Source: a virus (lineage: Duplodnaviria; Caudoviricetes). From it: a DNA stretch of 64,000 nt. A model generated the notes under the pieces. The model saw only the letters and a list, made by a program, of their open reading frames with translations. It made no database searches and was not told where the DNA came from. Every line of letters begins with the position of its first letter. Within the stretch, counting starts at the first letter, position 1. Positions 48,247 to 57,364 of the stretch are shown here, piece after piece. Made by a program: the position numbers and the translations under genes. The stretch spans positions 1,904 to 65,903 of IMG/VR virus record IMGVR_UViG_3300020465_000013; one strand, given 5' to 3'.

Positions 48247-48320
48247 TCGGAACGGCGGGATTTGAACCCACGACCCCCACTACCCCAAAGTGGTGCGCTA
48301 CCAAACTGCGCCACGTCCCG
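48247..48320 (-). tRNA. tRNA-Pro(GGG)
   Basis: CGGGACG/CGTTCCG acceptor stem, D-arm TGGCGCAGTTTGGTAGCGC, anticodon arm CCACT-TTGGGGT-AGTGG, T-loop TTCAAAT; CCA not encoded. Confidence 0.95.
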
Positions 48321-48369
48321 TAAATCTAAAATATCATAAATTTTTGTAAAACCGTATCAAGGTGATACA

Positions 48370-48396
48370 GTATCTGTTGATACCATTTGTTAGGAT
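48370..48396 (+). promoter_or_regulatory. NtcA-type box plus extended -10
   Basis: GTA-TCTGTTGA-TAC (GTAN8TAC) at 48370-48383, then TGnTAGGAT. Confidence 0.6.
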
Positions 48397-48407
48397 AAGG
48401 ATATAAT

Positions 48408-48457
48408 CGTCGAACCTAAAAGGTTGCAATCACCAGCACCATACGACGGGGGTGTTG
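48408..48457 (+). ncRNA. Glutamine-II (Downstream-peptide) riboswitch
   Basis: P1 CGTCG/CGACG, hairpin AACCT-aaa-AGGTT, GCAATCA linker, pseudoknot CAGCACC/GGTGTTG; directly before a GGAGG RBS and a YRG peptide. Confidence 0.75.
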
Positions 48458-48472
48458 TTATGGAGGAAAACC

Positions 48473-48571
48473 ATGGCTACAGCTACAAAAACTGCGAAGA
48501 AGCCTGTCACTTTGACTTATAGAGGGATTGCTTACAAGCATCAGCCTTTGACTTGTGTCAGGGGGGCTTGA
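48473..48571 (+). CDS. DUF4278-type peptide (32 aa, not in ORF track)
   Basis: MATATKTAKKPVTLTYRGIAYKHQPLTCVRGA, with the LTYRGxxY signature. Confidence 0.75.
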   Translation: MATATKTAKKPVTLTYRGIAYKHQPLTCVRGA

Positions 48572-48676
48572 GATGACAGAACTTCTTATGATTCGCAGGC
48601 GTTTAATTAAAGAGCAACGTTTGCAAAGTGCTAAGCGATTAGCTTGCATGCCTCACAAGACATGTATTGCATACGC

Positions 48677-48880
48677 TTAAATTAGCTTTTTACTTAACAA
48701 AATAGACTCAAGGATGGACGCCCACCGTTGGATTGTCCATCCTTTTCTTATGGTGCGATACGTAATTTTATTGAGGTGGTTAGCTGTCTCAACAGCAAGA
48801 TCAATGTTTTCCGTATCCCTTAATCTTGCCCAGCAAGAGACCAAGTCTTTCGCTGAGCCTTGCAGATATAATTCATTCAT
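48677..48880 (-). CDS. Hypothetical protein
   Basis: ATGA coupling. Confidence 0.45.
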   Translation of the reverse strand: MNELYLQGSAKDLVSCWARLRDTENIDLAVETANHLNKITYRTIRKGWTIQRWASILESILLSKKLI

Positions 48881-49401
48881 TTCTTTGCGTTCATAAAGTG
48901 ATCAGTCTTATTTAATTCATGCTTGCAGATGTTAGGAGCAATTTCCTCTAAGTGTCCTCCCTTATATTTATCAGGTTCAACAACAGTACAGAAGGTCATA
49001 ACTCCAGCATCATTTTGTTCATCATCTTGAGATGCAATAGCCCATATATCTTTATGAGGATTAGGTGTGGATCCTATAGATAGTCTTAGCGCCAAGGTGG
49101 AATTAGTCCAATGACCACATTCTTCTTCATCTAAATATTTAACCGCAGTGATAGTCCTACCTAGGAGTTGTTCTCTAAACCTATTAGCCCATGCTTGCCC
49201 GAAGGGAAGTTTTCTTGGTTTCCTTTTCGCAGTTTCCTTTTGCTTTGCTATTTTCTTTTGAAGTTTTTCTGCTTTAGCCACTGCTTGTTTGACGTCACTA
49301 GAGACTTTCCATTGAGAGTCTTCCTGAGCTCGACGTTGTCTCGCTAGGAAATCTTCAACTTCTTTGTCATTGAGAGGTTCGAGGGATGCTTCTTTGGTCA
49401 T
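48877..49401 (-). CDS. Hypothetical protein
   Basis: Start at MTKEAS; LLGRTI..V.Y...SQDDEQNDAG. Confidence 0.55.
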   Translation of the reverse strand: MTKEASLEPLNDKEVEDFLARQRRAQEDSQWKVSSDVKQAVAKAEKLQKKIAKQKETAKRKPRKLPFGQAWANRFREQLLGRTITAVKYLDEEECGHWTNSTLALRLSIGSTPNPHKDIWAIASQDDEQNDAGVMTFCTVVEPDKYKGGHLEEIAPNICKHELNKTDHFMNAKK

Positions 49402-50437
49402 GGTGGTAATAAGTGGATAAGTGTTTAATTCGTTGTAGAGGTACAGCAGCACAAGCCGGAACTATGGTATTTCCGAGTGCTTTTAAACGAGGTATCCGAT
49501 TGGATAACCCATCATCTCCTCTACAAAGTGTGGGTTCAGATAAGTACTCTCGCCAATGCGGGTCAAGGCGTCTGGAAGTTGGCGGGGTCTGCCACCTGAT
49601 CGCTCCTGGAAACCTTGGCCTGATCTGCCCTTCCAATCCCGAGCGCATGGGGTTGGCAGGCTGTTCGTCAAGACGACCGCCGAACCAGCTAGCCTTCTTT
49701 TCTGGTGAGCCTTCTCGTAGTTCAGGTTGGGACCTGAGTCCTTGTGATCTCTCGCTGTCGGAGTTGGTAGAGGTGGATTCCTCATCTCCTTCAGTTCCTC
49801 GAAGAGTTGAATTGCTTTTGGGTTGACTGCTTCCCTGAGATTGGAGAGTTGTGTCCTGCCTGGTCTCGTCTCTGTCACTTGCTTGATCATGGATTCCTTG
49901 CTCCTTAGAGGGAGGGAGTCCATTGTGTTTGGGGTAGGCAATGATCCAGATACGTTCTCTTTTATGGCAGGCTCCCACATCTCTAGCTGAAACAATCGAC
50001 CATTCAGCATCGTACCCTGCTTTGGCAATTTGAAAGAGAATTTCCTGGAAGGTTTCCCCTTGCTGGTGCGAGATAAGATTTCTAACGTTTTCAAGTAAGA
50101 CGAATCGAGGTCGAATGAGCCTAACCAATCGCATGACTTCGTAGAAAAGACCGCTGCGAGTTCCTTCTCCAATACCCTTCTGCGAACCAGCCACGGACAA
50201 ATCTTGGCAAGGAAATCCGGCTGTAAGTAAGTCGTACTCTCCTTGGTATGATTGAAATGTGGTGATGTCATTGTGTATAGGAACGTTAGGAAAATTCTTC
50301 TTTAAAACTGATTGACAATAAGGATCGATTTCAATGAATTGTTTAGTTTCAAATCCACCGACTAGTCTTTCAGCTGCATAAGAGAATCCTCCTATGCCAG
50401 CAAAGGCGTCTAATAGTTTCAACTTACATTGGTTCAT
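49367..50437 (-). CDS. dcm: DNA cytosine-5 methyltransferase, alpha chain
   Basis: FAGIGG, GFPCQDLS, LENV, HKRERIWI, and motif X LKALGN. Confidence 0.92.
   Translation of the reverse strand: MNQCKLKLLDAFAGIGGFSYAAERLVGGFETKQFIEIDPYCQSVLKKNFPNVPIHNDITTFQSYQGEYDLLTAGFPCQDLSVAGSQKGIGEGTRSGLFYEVMRLVRLIRPRFVLLENVRNLISHQQGETFQEILFQIAKAGYDAEWSIVSARDVGACHKRERIWIIAYPKHNGLPPSKEQGIHDQASDRDETRQDTTLQSQGSSQPKSNSTLRGTEGDEESTSTNSDSERSQGLRSQPELREGSPEKKASWFGGRLDEQPANPMRSGLEGQIRPRFPGAIRWQTPPTSRRLDPHWREYLSEPTLCRGDDGLSNRIPRLKALGNTIVPACAAVPLQRIKHLSTYYHHDQRSIPRTSQ
49483..50271 (-). CDS. Nested alternative-frame MTase beta chain (TRD and motif IX-like)
   Basis: 262-aa ORF entirely inside dcm; three LPTP..RD.K-type repeats and LNPHFVEEMMGYPIGY. 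Confidence 0.7.
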   Translation of the reverse strand: MTSPHFNHTKESTTYLQPDFLAKICPWLVRRRVLEKELAAVFSTKSCDWLGSFDLDSSYLKTLEILSRTSKGKPSRKFSFKLPKQGTMLNGRLFQLEMWEPAIKENVSGSLPTPNTMDSLPLRSKESMIKQVTETRPGRTQLSNLREAVNPKAIQLFEELKEMRNPPLPTPTARDHKDSGPNLNYEKAHQKRRLAGSAVVLTNSLPTPCARDWKGRSGQGFQERSGGRPRQLPDALTRIGESTYLNPHFVEEMMGYPIGYLV

Positions 50438-50702
50438 CGTCGGTAACAGCGCACCAAGCCATTTGAAAATCTATTAACCATTGTCGCTGATCTTTGGAAA
50501 GATACAAGTCATCCATGTGATCAACTAATTCATCTTCAGGAATACCAGCCCAACCTTTTATGTCGGTTGTGAGTGGGCTTATATCTTTATGAAGAAGATC
50601 ATCACAGCACCAATTAGGTAGTGATTGTTCTTTGCAGAATTTCTCGAGTTGCTCGGATAAGCAGACTCGAAATTCCTTAACAGGAGTAGTAGTTTCAGGC
50701 AT
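50424..50702 (-). CDS. Hypothetical protein
   Basis: Early-region ORF. Confidence 0.5.
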   Translation of the reverse strand: MPETTTPVKEFRVCLSEQLEKFCKEQSLPNWCCDDLLHKDISPLTTDIKGWAGIPEDELVDHMDDLYLSKDQRQWLIDFQMAWCAVTDDEPM

Positions 50703-50868
50703 CAGGATCCTCGATACTATCTATACCGAGACAGTTACTAGTTGAATCAACACGGTCGAGATCTTCGAACTCTGACTCATGCATTTCTTCAACATCTTCA
50801 AGACTGTCAGCCTTGACGTGAACGGTATAGGTGGTCTTCTCTGAGAGAGTGACATGGAAAGTTGGCAT
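50695..50868 (-). CDS. Small acidic protein (57 aa, not in ORF track)
   Basis: MPTFHVTLSEKTTYTVHVKADSLED...; TAATG coupling. Confidence 0.55.
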   Translation of the reverse strand: MPTFHVTLSEKTTYTVHVKADSLEDVEEMHESEFEDLDRVDSTSNCLGIDSIEDPDA

Positions 50869-51095
50869 TAGTTTTCCTTAGGGTTGGTTACGTTATCAAC
50901 TAATTCCTTATACAACTCCTTGTCATGTGTTGTCTCTACTTGAGTTTGCAACTCTTCTATTGAGTAGTTCTGATAAGTATCTGTTAGTTGTTCAGTAATA
51001 ACTTGAGTCATCGTTTTGGTGTCCATGTTATCGATGACTAACTCTACATACTGTTCAATCAATCCATCTCTTTGCTTGTCAGTAAGATCAGTCAT
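50868..51095 (-). CDS. Hypothetical protein
   Basis: MTDLTDKQRD...; helical. Confidence 0.55.
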   Translation of the reverse strand: MTDLTDKQRDGLIEQYVELVIDNMDTKTMTQVITEQLTDTYQNYSIEELQTQVETTHDKELYKELVDNVTNPKEN

Positions 51096-51238
51096 TAGAT
51101 TTAATCCCCAAAATGGTAAGAATTTCGTCATAGACTTGTTGACCTGATGAGCTCATGCGGTCATAATCCCATCCCAAGTCCAAGACCTTTTTGATGATTT
51201 GTTCAAATTCCTCTTGAGTAACTTTTTTAGTAATGGTT

Positions 51239-51604
51239 TCAGTCTTCATTTGACCTCGTCATGAATTTGGTATACAACATTTTTGCTGGTTGAGATGCCC
51301 AGCGTGGAGTACGAAGACATTCGATGTAATGATCCAAGGTTGGAACAAAACCGAGATCTTCTGTAATGTGTTGCTCAAGGATGAGAGAAGTAGGTACTTT
51401 TCTTCCTTTGGAATTAGTGAAGGTGTCGCCAAATAAGGCAACACCATCTGCTATTCCTTGGGTGTGATGACACAACATCCGATGAAGGATCTTGCTGGTA
51501 CCTGCACGTCCTCTATCCATCCACTTATGTAGTGGTGCATAGTCTTCTGGTTCACCACCAAAAGCTTTAGCAGAACTAACACAGTGATAGTGGTAGTGAG
51601 ACAT
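51239..51604 (-). CDS. DUF6915-like His-rich protein
   Basis: H..SSAK.FGG..EDY..LH.W.D...HR...HH..GI...EQHI.EDLG. Confidence 0.7.
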   Translation of the reverse strand: MSHYHYHCVSSAKAFGGEPEDYAPLHKWMDRGRAGTSKILHRMLCHHTQGIADGVALFGDTFTNSKGRKVPTSLILEQHITEDLGFVPTLDHYIECLRTPRWASQPAKMLYTKFMTRSNED

Positions 51605-52173
51605 TAGAACATCTCCACTTCGACAGATTCGACTTGAATCGTATTGTTCTCGTGATCACAGGTACACTTCCATTGACCTAGATCGTCATGATCTTTTTTG
51701 ATATCAATTTCACCTTGACCGCCTTCATTGTTATGGAAGCCAGGAGAAACGTCTTGAGTTATCCACCATGCAACTCTTGATACATGCTTATAAATAAAAT
51801 CATCGCTGGAGATATTTATAACGTTACCTTTCTTGTCATAGAACTCGATATCTTCAATATCACCGTCATCTCCGCAACCTTCATATTTGACATTGATAGA
51901 GTCCAATGCAGGATGGACAAGAGTGATTGCATTAAGCCCATGCTTGAAAGCTTGAATCCTTTTCATAAAGAAATCATGATCCCATGCTTTTGATTGAGCC
52001 CAAAAAGTATTCCAATCTCCTTCTTTATCAGGGAAGGTAGGCTTCTCTCTGCCTACAACATTCTTTGCGTTTTCGTGCTCGAAGTACTTATCAATACGTT
52101 CGAAGTATTCAAATAATGTTTCGTCACGATTCTTTTTAAAGTCCAATGGGACTATTGTGGTGGAATTTGACAT
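51604..52173 (-). CDS. DUF6878-like protein
   Basis: YEGCGDDGDIE and GFHNNEGGQGEI; paired with the DUF6915-like gene. Confidence 0.65.
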   Translation of the reverse strand: MSNSTTIVPLDFKKNRDETLFEYFERIDKYFEHENAKNVVGREKPTFPDKEGDWNTFWAQSKAWDHDFFMKRIQAFKHGLNAITLVHPALDSINVKYEGCGDDGDIEDIEFYDKKGNVINISSDDFIYKHVSRVAWWITQDVSPGFHNNEGGQGEIDIKKDHDDLGQWKCTCDHENNTIQVESVEVEMF

Positions 52174-52175
52174 GG

Positions 52176-52817
52176 TTAGTGGTATAGAAGAGCAAAGGGT
52201 TGGTCTATAGGACCGTAAGCAAGATCATCTTTCTTATCAATAGGAAGATTAAGCTTGGCAGCTTCTTCCTCTGAGCGAACGACTCTTGCATTTCGTGGAA
52301 AATCAACAGGGTTGATTAGGTGATCGAAGCGACCTCCCCAACTAGCAGAGAGTCTGTAGTTGTCAGGTCTTTTGACATCCAAGAATAAAGGTAAATTCTT
52401 GGTGTAAGAGTAATGAATCAGATGATTAATCTCTTTAGAAGTATTAAAAATTGCATCACGGAGTTTGACCGAGTCGCAATCACCTGAAACAAACCATCTC
52501 ACTTTTTCAGCTTTCTTGAAGCCTTTATGTGTAGAGATGGATATGATCATGAGGTCAGTAAGATCTGTAAGAGTTAGAGAATCTATAAGATCTTTGTTAT
52601 GCCAACGAGCCTTACGGACATTGGGATAACGAGCTTCCATACGTGCTGCATAGCAGTCATATAAAAGGTTGGCAGCTTTAGTGAGCTTGCCTGTCTCTCT
52701 GTCAGAAATAACGTGACAGTGTTTAGCACCAGGGCAACAATGGCCAGCTGGTGTGCTAAAGGTGAGGATGGTATCGGCAAGCTTGAGGTTACCTGCCCCA
52801 AGCTTTAATAGATCCAT
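52176..52817 (-). CDS. Gp88-like Cys-motif protein
   Basis: GNLKL...F..PAG..CPGA..C...CYA...RW.VSGD...YSYTK. Start at the ATG after the conserved motif. Confidence 0.65.
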   Translation of the reverse strand: MDLLKLGAGNLKLADTILTFSTPAGHCCPGAKHCHVISDRETGKLTKAANLLYDCYAARMEARYPNVRKARWHNKDLIDSLTLTDLTDLMIISISTHKGFKKAEKVRWFVSGDCDSVKLRDAIFNTSKEINHLIHYSYTKNLPLFLDVKRPDNYRLSASWGGRFDHLINPVDFPRNARVVRSEEEAAKLNLPIDKKDDLAYGPIDQPFALLYH

Positions 52818-52821
52818 AAAA

Positions 52822-52877
52822 GTACTGATGAAAAGATCCAACAAAAAATCCCTCTGCGCCCACCAACGCAAAGGGAT
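52822..52877 (-). promoter_or_regulatory. Hairpin/T-run/TTTTCATCAGTAC element, copy 1
   Basis: 11-bp hairpin, T-run, motif, then TTTT-ATG. Confidence 0.75.
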
Positions 52878-52980
52878 CTCAAGCCTGGACTTACGTGAGA
52901 TGATATGAACTAATGCTTCTCTATCACTGGATTCATACCATACCCTTTCTGTCTCACGGCCAGAAAAGGTTACATGAATC

Positions 52981-53163
52981 TTAGTCCATCGAATCTAGGC
53001 TGTTATGGAATCTTATCTTCTGTGTTGGCGTATCAAATTCTGCAATAAATTCATTAATCCTTTCAATCATTGCGATTGTGGATGGAGTGGTAGGAACTTG
53101 AGATAAAACGTCGTCTCTGAGAGAGACTAATTGATTTCTAGTTACTTCAATGGAACGGTGCAT
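52981..53163 (-). CDS. Hypothetical protein
   Basis: Short early-region ORF. Confidence 0.45.
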   Translation of the reverse strand: MHRSIEVTRNQLVSLRDDVLSQVPTTPSTIAMIERINEFIAEFDTPTQKIRFHNSLDSMD

Positions 53164-53600
53164 TGTGCGGATGTGGGGTAGATGTTACAAATTGGTTGAA
53201 CAGAAGTAACAGATTTAGCTGCTTCTTCTATCAGTTTTAGGAAGTTTTGACGAGGATTGGACGTCAGTAGTGTCGATGCGACCATCAGTAAATAAACGAG
53301 TACCGTCTGTGTTCAATTGGTATCTAAGGGAGCGTTTATAACTACCCTCCCTTAGTCTATATTTTTGACTGTATGTCTTACGCTTGTGCTTACCCATTAT
53401 CAGGCAACAGCATCGCTTGTGTAACCTGCTCAGGTTGTGACTTGCCGTCAAATATAACCCAGTATCTTTTGTGGATACGTCCATTGTTATATTTTTGATC
53501 ACACCTGCCACAGATGGTACCTTTCTTGGTGCGAAGGGTTCCATTGCGGTCAGGTTTAATCACTTTATCTCCTAGTTTAAATCTCGGTCCTTCAGTCTTA

Positions 53601-54704
53601 TTAGATCTTACTTTGAGCTTGTGATGAGTGTCCTGCATAGAATTTGACTTTTGGATGGTCAAGCAAATGGTTAGTAAAGCTAGCATTTAATCTGGCTATT
53701 GGGCCATCAAGCTGCTGAGCAAACCTTGCTTCGTCCCCATTTTTAACGTGTTTTGTGTGACTTGTAAATTGGGTGACTGCAGAATGAACACTAAACATAT
53801 TGTTTTGTCTTGTTTCAAGCTCGTTGCCTATAAGATCTCCTTTATAAATTCTCTCTAATTGATTCAAGAACTTACTCTTGATAGGAGAATTAGGAAACTG
53901 AAGGGCATGGCCTCTGTCTTCTTCTGGGATCATATCTTGGAAAAAATCACGCATTAAAATAACACCTTCTTCTTGAGAACATGGTGTATTAATCATTCGG
54001 ATTTTGTCGTGGATATATTGCTCACCAGTAGTGATAGCAGCATCCATTGCTTGCTCTACGTCGATAATGTCACGCTTTTGTCTATGACTTACTCTTGTGT
54101 CTGACCCTTGTACTCGACGTGTCATCCCATTGTCACAAACTAATTCATTTGCATAAACAGTTGCTCTCATGGATTGAGCCTTGAGATAGTTGATGGTGTA
54201 CATCAAAAAGAAGTCGGTAGTATCACCAACTTTTCTTAACTCAGGAGGATTAAGGTTGGTCATCTTAGAAAAGAAGTACAAGACTTTCTGTTCTGGCAAC
54301 CAACCAATACCATCAAGGGTAATGTCGGATTTGTTCTCTATGGATTTCTTATACCAATTCAATGCGTCTATTGGATTAACAATGAATCTTTTATCTGAGA
54401 ATTGACCTAACTTATCTCCGGTATTGCTTTGATACCAATGGACTACGTTAGGATATTCTTTATCGAAATTTCTAGAGTAAAGAGTTTCAGGCTGGACCGT
54501 CCAGTTACAACCAATTGATTTCAGTTGTTCTTCTGTCGTTTGCCAATCTCTACACTCTGATTTATATCCTTGGAAGAACTTAGCGTCTTCTCGAGTTAAT
54601 TTACCGGGAACAAATACATTCGAACCTGGGTCATCAATTTCTTTTGTACAGATACCTGCCGCTGTTTGAGAACGAGGCATAGTTTGGGTGGGAGTAATAG
54701 TCAT
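53601..54704 (-). CDS. DUF932 (DUF945)-family protein
   Basis: NWTV...F.IVNP...S.RA.V...LVCDNG...H...AVTQFTSH. Confidence 0.75.
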   Translation of the reverse strand: MTITPTQTMPRSQTAAGICTKEIDDPGSNVFVPGKLTREDAKFFQGYKSECRDWQTTEEQLKSIGCNWTVQPETLYSRNFDKEYPNVVHWYQSNTGDKLGQFSDKRFIVNPIDALNWYKKSIENKSDITLDGIGWLPEQKVLYFFSKMTNLNPPELRKVGDTTDFFLMYTINYLKAQSMRATVYANELVCDNGMTRRVQGSDTRVSHRQKRDIIDVEQAMDAAITTGEQYIHDKIRMINTPCSQEEGVILMRDFFQDMIPEEDRGHALQFPNSPIKSKFLNQLERIYKGDLIGNELETRQNNMFSVHSAVTQFTSHTKHVKNGDEARFAQQLDGPIARLNASFTNHLLDHPKVKFYAGHSSQAQSKI

Positions 54705-54716
54705 TAAAGAATAGGG

Positions 54717-54950
54717 TTAGGGACTTCGGAGTGCTAGCTCTGTTGCAATATCTTCAACAATGATCTCAATAGCGGTGAGATCTCTGCGAAGAGAAGGATC
54801 TAGCTTGGGTTTGATGTTACGTAATTTTCCAAGTATGAAAGTTACGTTGTCTTTTGTATTAAGAGGTGGTTGATTCTCCTGTTCTTGAACTCGCTTCAAT
54901 AAGAGTTTGTTCTGTCTGAACTTCGTCAAGTCTGTTATCTTGCTCATCAT
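54717..54950 (-). CDS. Hypothetical protein
   Basis: ITDLTKFR N-terminus; AGGT RBS. Confidence 0.5.
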   Translation of the reverse strand: MMSKITDLTKFRQNKLLLKRVQEQENQPPLNTKDNVTFILGKLRNIKPKLDPSLRRDLTAIEIIVEDIATELALRSP

Positions 54951-55584
54951 TTACACCTATAAGTTGTGAGAAAGGAAGAGGTTGATCTAGTTTTCTACAA
55001 AGTTCGCAGACTCTATCTTCAAACAACAGTGGATCACGAGTGAATGCAGTACCCTGCACTGGTCTGTTATCCGTGTTGAAGATATTGGCAAAGATGCCAC
55101 CTTTAGATCCTCTAGATGTGTATATCGTGCCGTAAATATCCCAGAGGTCAAGATTGTTTGTTAGGTGGCAGTCGATAATCGACTCTAAGTCTCCTAACAG
55201 GGTTGTAGGTGCGCATTGTATTAGCTTTTTACCTGTATCAGGATTAACTAGGCCTCCACATCTCATTTTGAGAATACCTGTGACAACTTCATCTGTTCGC
55301 TCAAGATCAGAAAGGATATTGAACGTTTGAAAAATGAAGTTTAAATAAGGTGTCTTTTGACCTTTGCTGACGTGATGGCTGACTCTAAGGACAGGCTTGC
55401 TCCAGAAGACAAGACCTTCGTTTTTCTCTAGCGTGAACGCTGGATTATCAGGAGTCTGACCATACCCGTAGATACAGCCGGATCCATTAATACCCATGAC
55501 TACAGTGTTGGTCTCGGGTTTGAACTGTCTAGTAGTGTCAACTACAGCAGTATCAGTGGTGAGAGAACTCGTGTTAGAACTCAT
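54859..55584 (-). CDS. Hypothetical protein
   Basis: Start at MSSNT, downstream of motif copy 2. Confidence 0.55.
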   Translation of the reverse strand: MSSNTSSLTTDTAVVDTTRQFKPETNTVVMGINGSGCIYGYGQTPDNPAFTLEKNEGLVFWSKPVLRVSHHVSKGQKTPYLNFIFQTFNILSDLERTDEVVTGILKMRCGGLVNPDTGKKLIQCAPTTLLGDLESIIDCHLTNNLDLWDIYGTIYTSRGSKGGIFANIFNTDNRPVQGTAFTRDPLLFEDRVCELCRKLDQPLPFSQLIGVNDEQDNRLDEVQTEQTLIEASSRTGESTTS

Positions 55585-55608
55585 AAAACAAAAGCAACAA
55601 CATAAAAC

Positions 55609-55619
55609 GTACTGATGAA
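55609..55619 (-). promoter_or_regulatory. TTCATCAGTAC element, copy 2 (head of a divergent block)
   Basis: gtactgatgaa on the + strand. Confidence 0.7.
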
Positions 55620-55667
55620 CAGCCGCACAAAAAGCTCTCCTAAGATAGGAATAATCGCATCTTTCAG

Positions 55668-56195
55668 ATGGAACTACATAACGTTCACGTACCAGAATCT
55701 CCAGACAAATCAAATTTGGCACTAATGGTGGGAGGAGAATCTTATGAAGATAAAGTCGGCGCTATTGGAGAGAAGTTGGTTTTATTAGCTGCATTTGCAA
55801 AAGAATTACAGACACAGTCTCACCTTATTCACTTCAATTACGAAGGATCTAATTTTCTTGCAGTGCATAAGTTTTTAAAGGATCAGTATGAATTGCATAC
55901 GGAACAATTTGATACCTTAGGTGAGTTTGTGAGGACGCTTAATTATTGGATGCCTATGTGTTCTAAAGGATTGAAAGAATCATTAGGTCCTTGCTTTAAA
56001 CATTGCGAGTGTTATGAGGGTAATGCAATGTTGGCTACGTATTATAGAAACCTAGAATCATTCTCCAGCATGGTCAAAATGGTTGAACCAGCCGCACAAG
56101 AAACACAGCATTATGATATTGCTAATTATCTAGGTGAATTAATTGGTCAGATATGGAAAACTTGTTGGATGGTTAAGGCGACTCTGAAGAATTAG
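55668..56195 (+). CDS. dps: Dps/ferritin-like protein
   Basis: HFNYEGSNFLAVHKFL..QY....EQFD..GE..R.L...K..WM. Confidence 0.85.
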   Translation: MELHNVHVPESPDKSNLALMVGGESYEDKVGAIGEKLVLLAAFAKELQTQSHLIHFNYEGSNFLAVHKFLKDQYELHTEQFDTLGEFVRTLNYWMPMCSKGLKESLGPCFKHCECYEGNAMLATYYRNLESFSSMVKMVEPAAQETQHYDIANYLGELIGQIWKTCWMVKATLKN

Positions 56196-56493
56196 TAATT
56201 ACATCAGGAATATCGTGCTGTTCAAAAGCTGAAGCAGGGAGATCAGCAGGAGCAGTAGATGGAAGACTATGAGAAGGTAAGGATTTATTAGCTAAATCGG
56301 CATCATCATTACAGAGCCATTTGACGATGGTAACTGGGAATGTTAATGATTGTTCTTCTCTACCAGGTACTTCCAACATTATTTTGGATGTTATCCATGC
56401 TATTAATTCTTTCTTGGAAGAAAAAGTATCTAATTCATTAGCCTTGGGTCCATGAATACCTTGTCTGACAGCATATATCTGTTGAATAGTCAT
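56173..56493 (-). CDS. Hypothetical protein
   Basis: Early-region ORF. Confidence 0.45.
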   Translation of the reverse strand: MTIQQIYAVRQGIHGPKANELDTFSSKKELIAWITSKIMLEVPGREEQSLTFPVTIVKWLCNDDADLANKSLPSHSLPSTAPADLPASAFEQHDIPDVITNSSESP

Positions 56494-56712
56494 AGGTTTT
56501 TGCAATCTGCAAATATATTAGTTCAACTGTAGTCATATGTCGGTAGAACTTGCCACACATCTGCAGAACCTCGATGACAAGCTGGGACAGATCGAAGAAA
56601 CCTTTCCATGGCTGTATGAGATGTACATCCATACGCTAAGAAATGGAAGGGATACGACTCCCCTGGCGGTCGGTATCGAACTTGCCAGTCACCTAGGTAT
56701 GTCTGTTGCATA

Positions 56713-56868
56713 TCAGTAGGATGGGACGTCTAAAAAAGCCTCGTCTTTACAATCGGTAGAGCAGGTTTGGTCATTAATAGCACATTCAGATATGCATTCG
56801 AAATATTGATCTACTTGATCTAATTGAGTCGCGTCTTTAGGTAGGAGAGTGGGTGAAATGGTCTTCAT
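56713..56868 (-). CDS. Small four-Cys protein
   Basis: AGGAGG RBS before MKT; YFECISEC...C...C. Confidence 0.55.
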   Translation of the reverse strand: MKTISPTLLPKDATQLDQVDQYFECISECAINDQTCSTDCKDEAFLDVPSY

Positions 56869-57130
56869 GTCGGAGCCTCCTTGCGTGTCTGTATTTGGCT
56901 TTTCGTTGGATACCATAGAGAATAATAAACCAAGAAAAGAATCCTAATAAGTCTAAGAAATTCATAAAAATAAGTCCATGTAGTGAAAACAACAGTCTGC
57001 TAGTATTACCTCCCTCGAGGGATCAATGTAATATTTTTGACTCCACTTCCCTTTGTCCATTTAACTCTGACCCTGTGAGCAGGGAATTTATAGGACAATT
57101 TAACCCATTGGATGAAGCGTTTGAAATGTT

Positions 57131-57364
57131 TCATAAATCTATAAGTTCTTTAACGAGCAAATACTCTGTCTGGGCATTACGCCAAGGAATTAGTTTGGCA
57201 TGTCCTCCTGTCCCTTTTTTGAAAGAATAAGAGAGGACTCGACTACCTGACTTCTTCCATGCGTAACAATCCTTTTGGTCTTTAGAGCAGACAGAGATAG
57301 TTTTACCTAGCTCTAGATCTAAAAGAACACTTTTGCGAAGATGGTCATCGTTGTTCTTCTTCAT
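57131..57364 (-). CDS. Hypothetical protein
   Basis: Early-region ORF. Confidence 0.45.
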   Translation of the reverse strand: MKKNNDDHLRKSVLLDLELGKTISVCSKDQKDCYAWKKSGSRVLSYSFKKGTGGHAKLIPWRNAQTEYLLVKELIDL

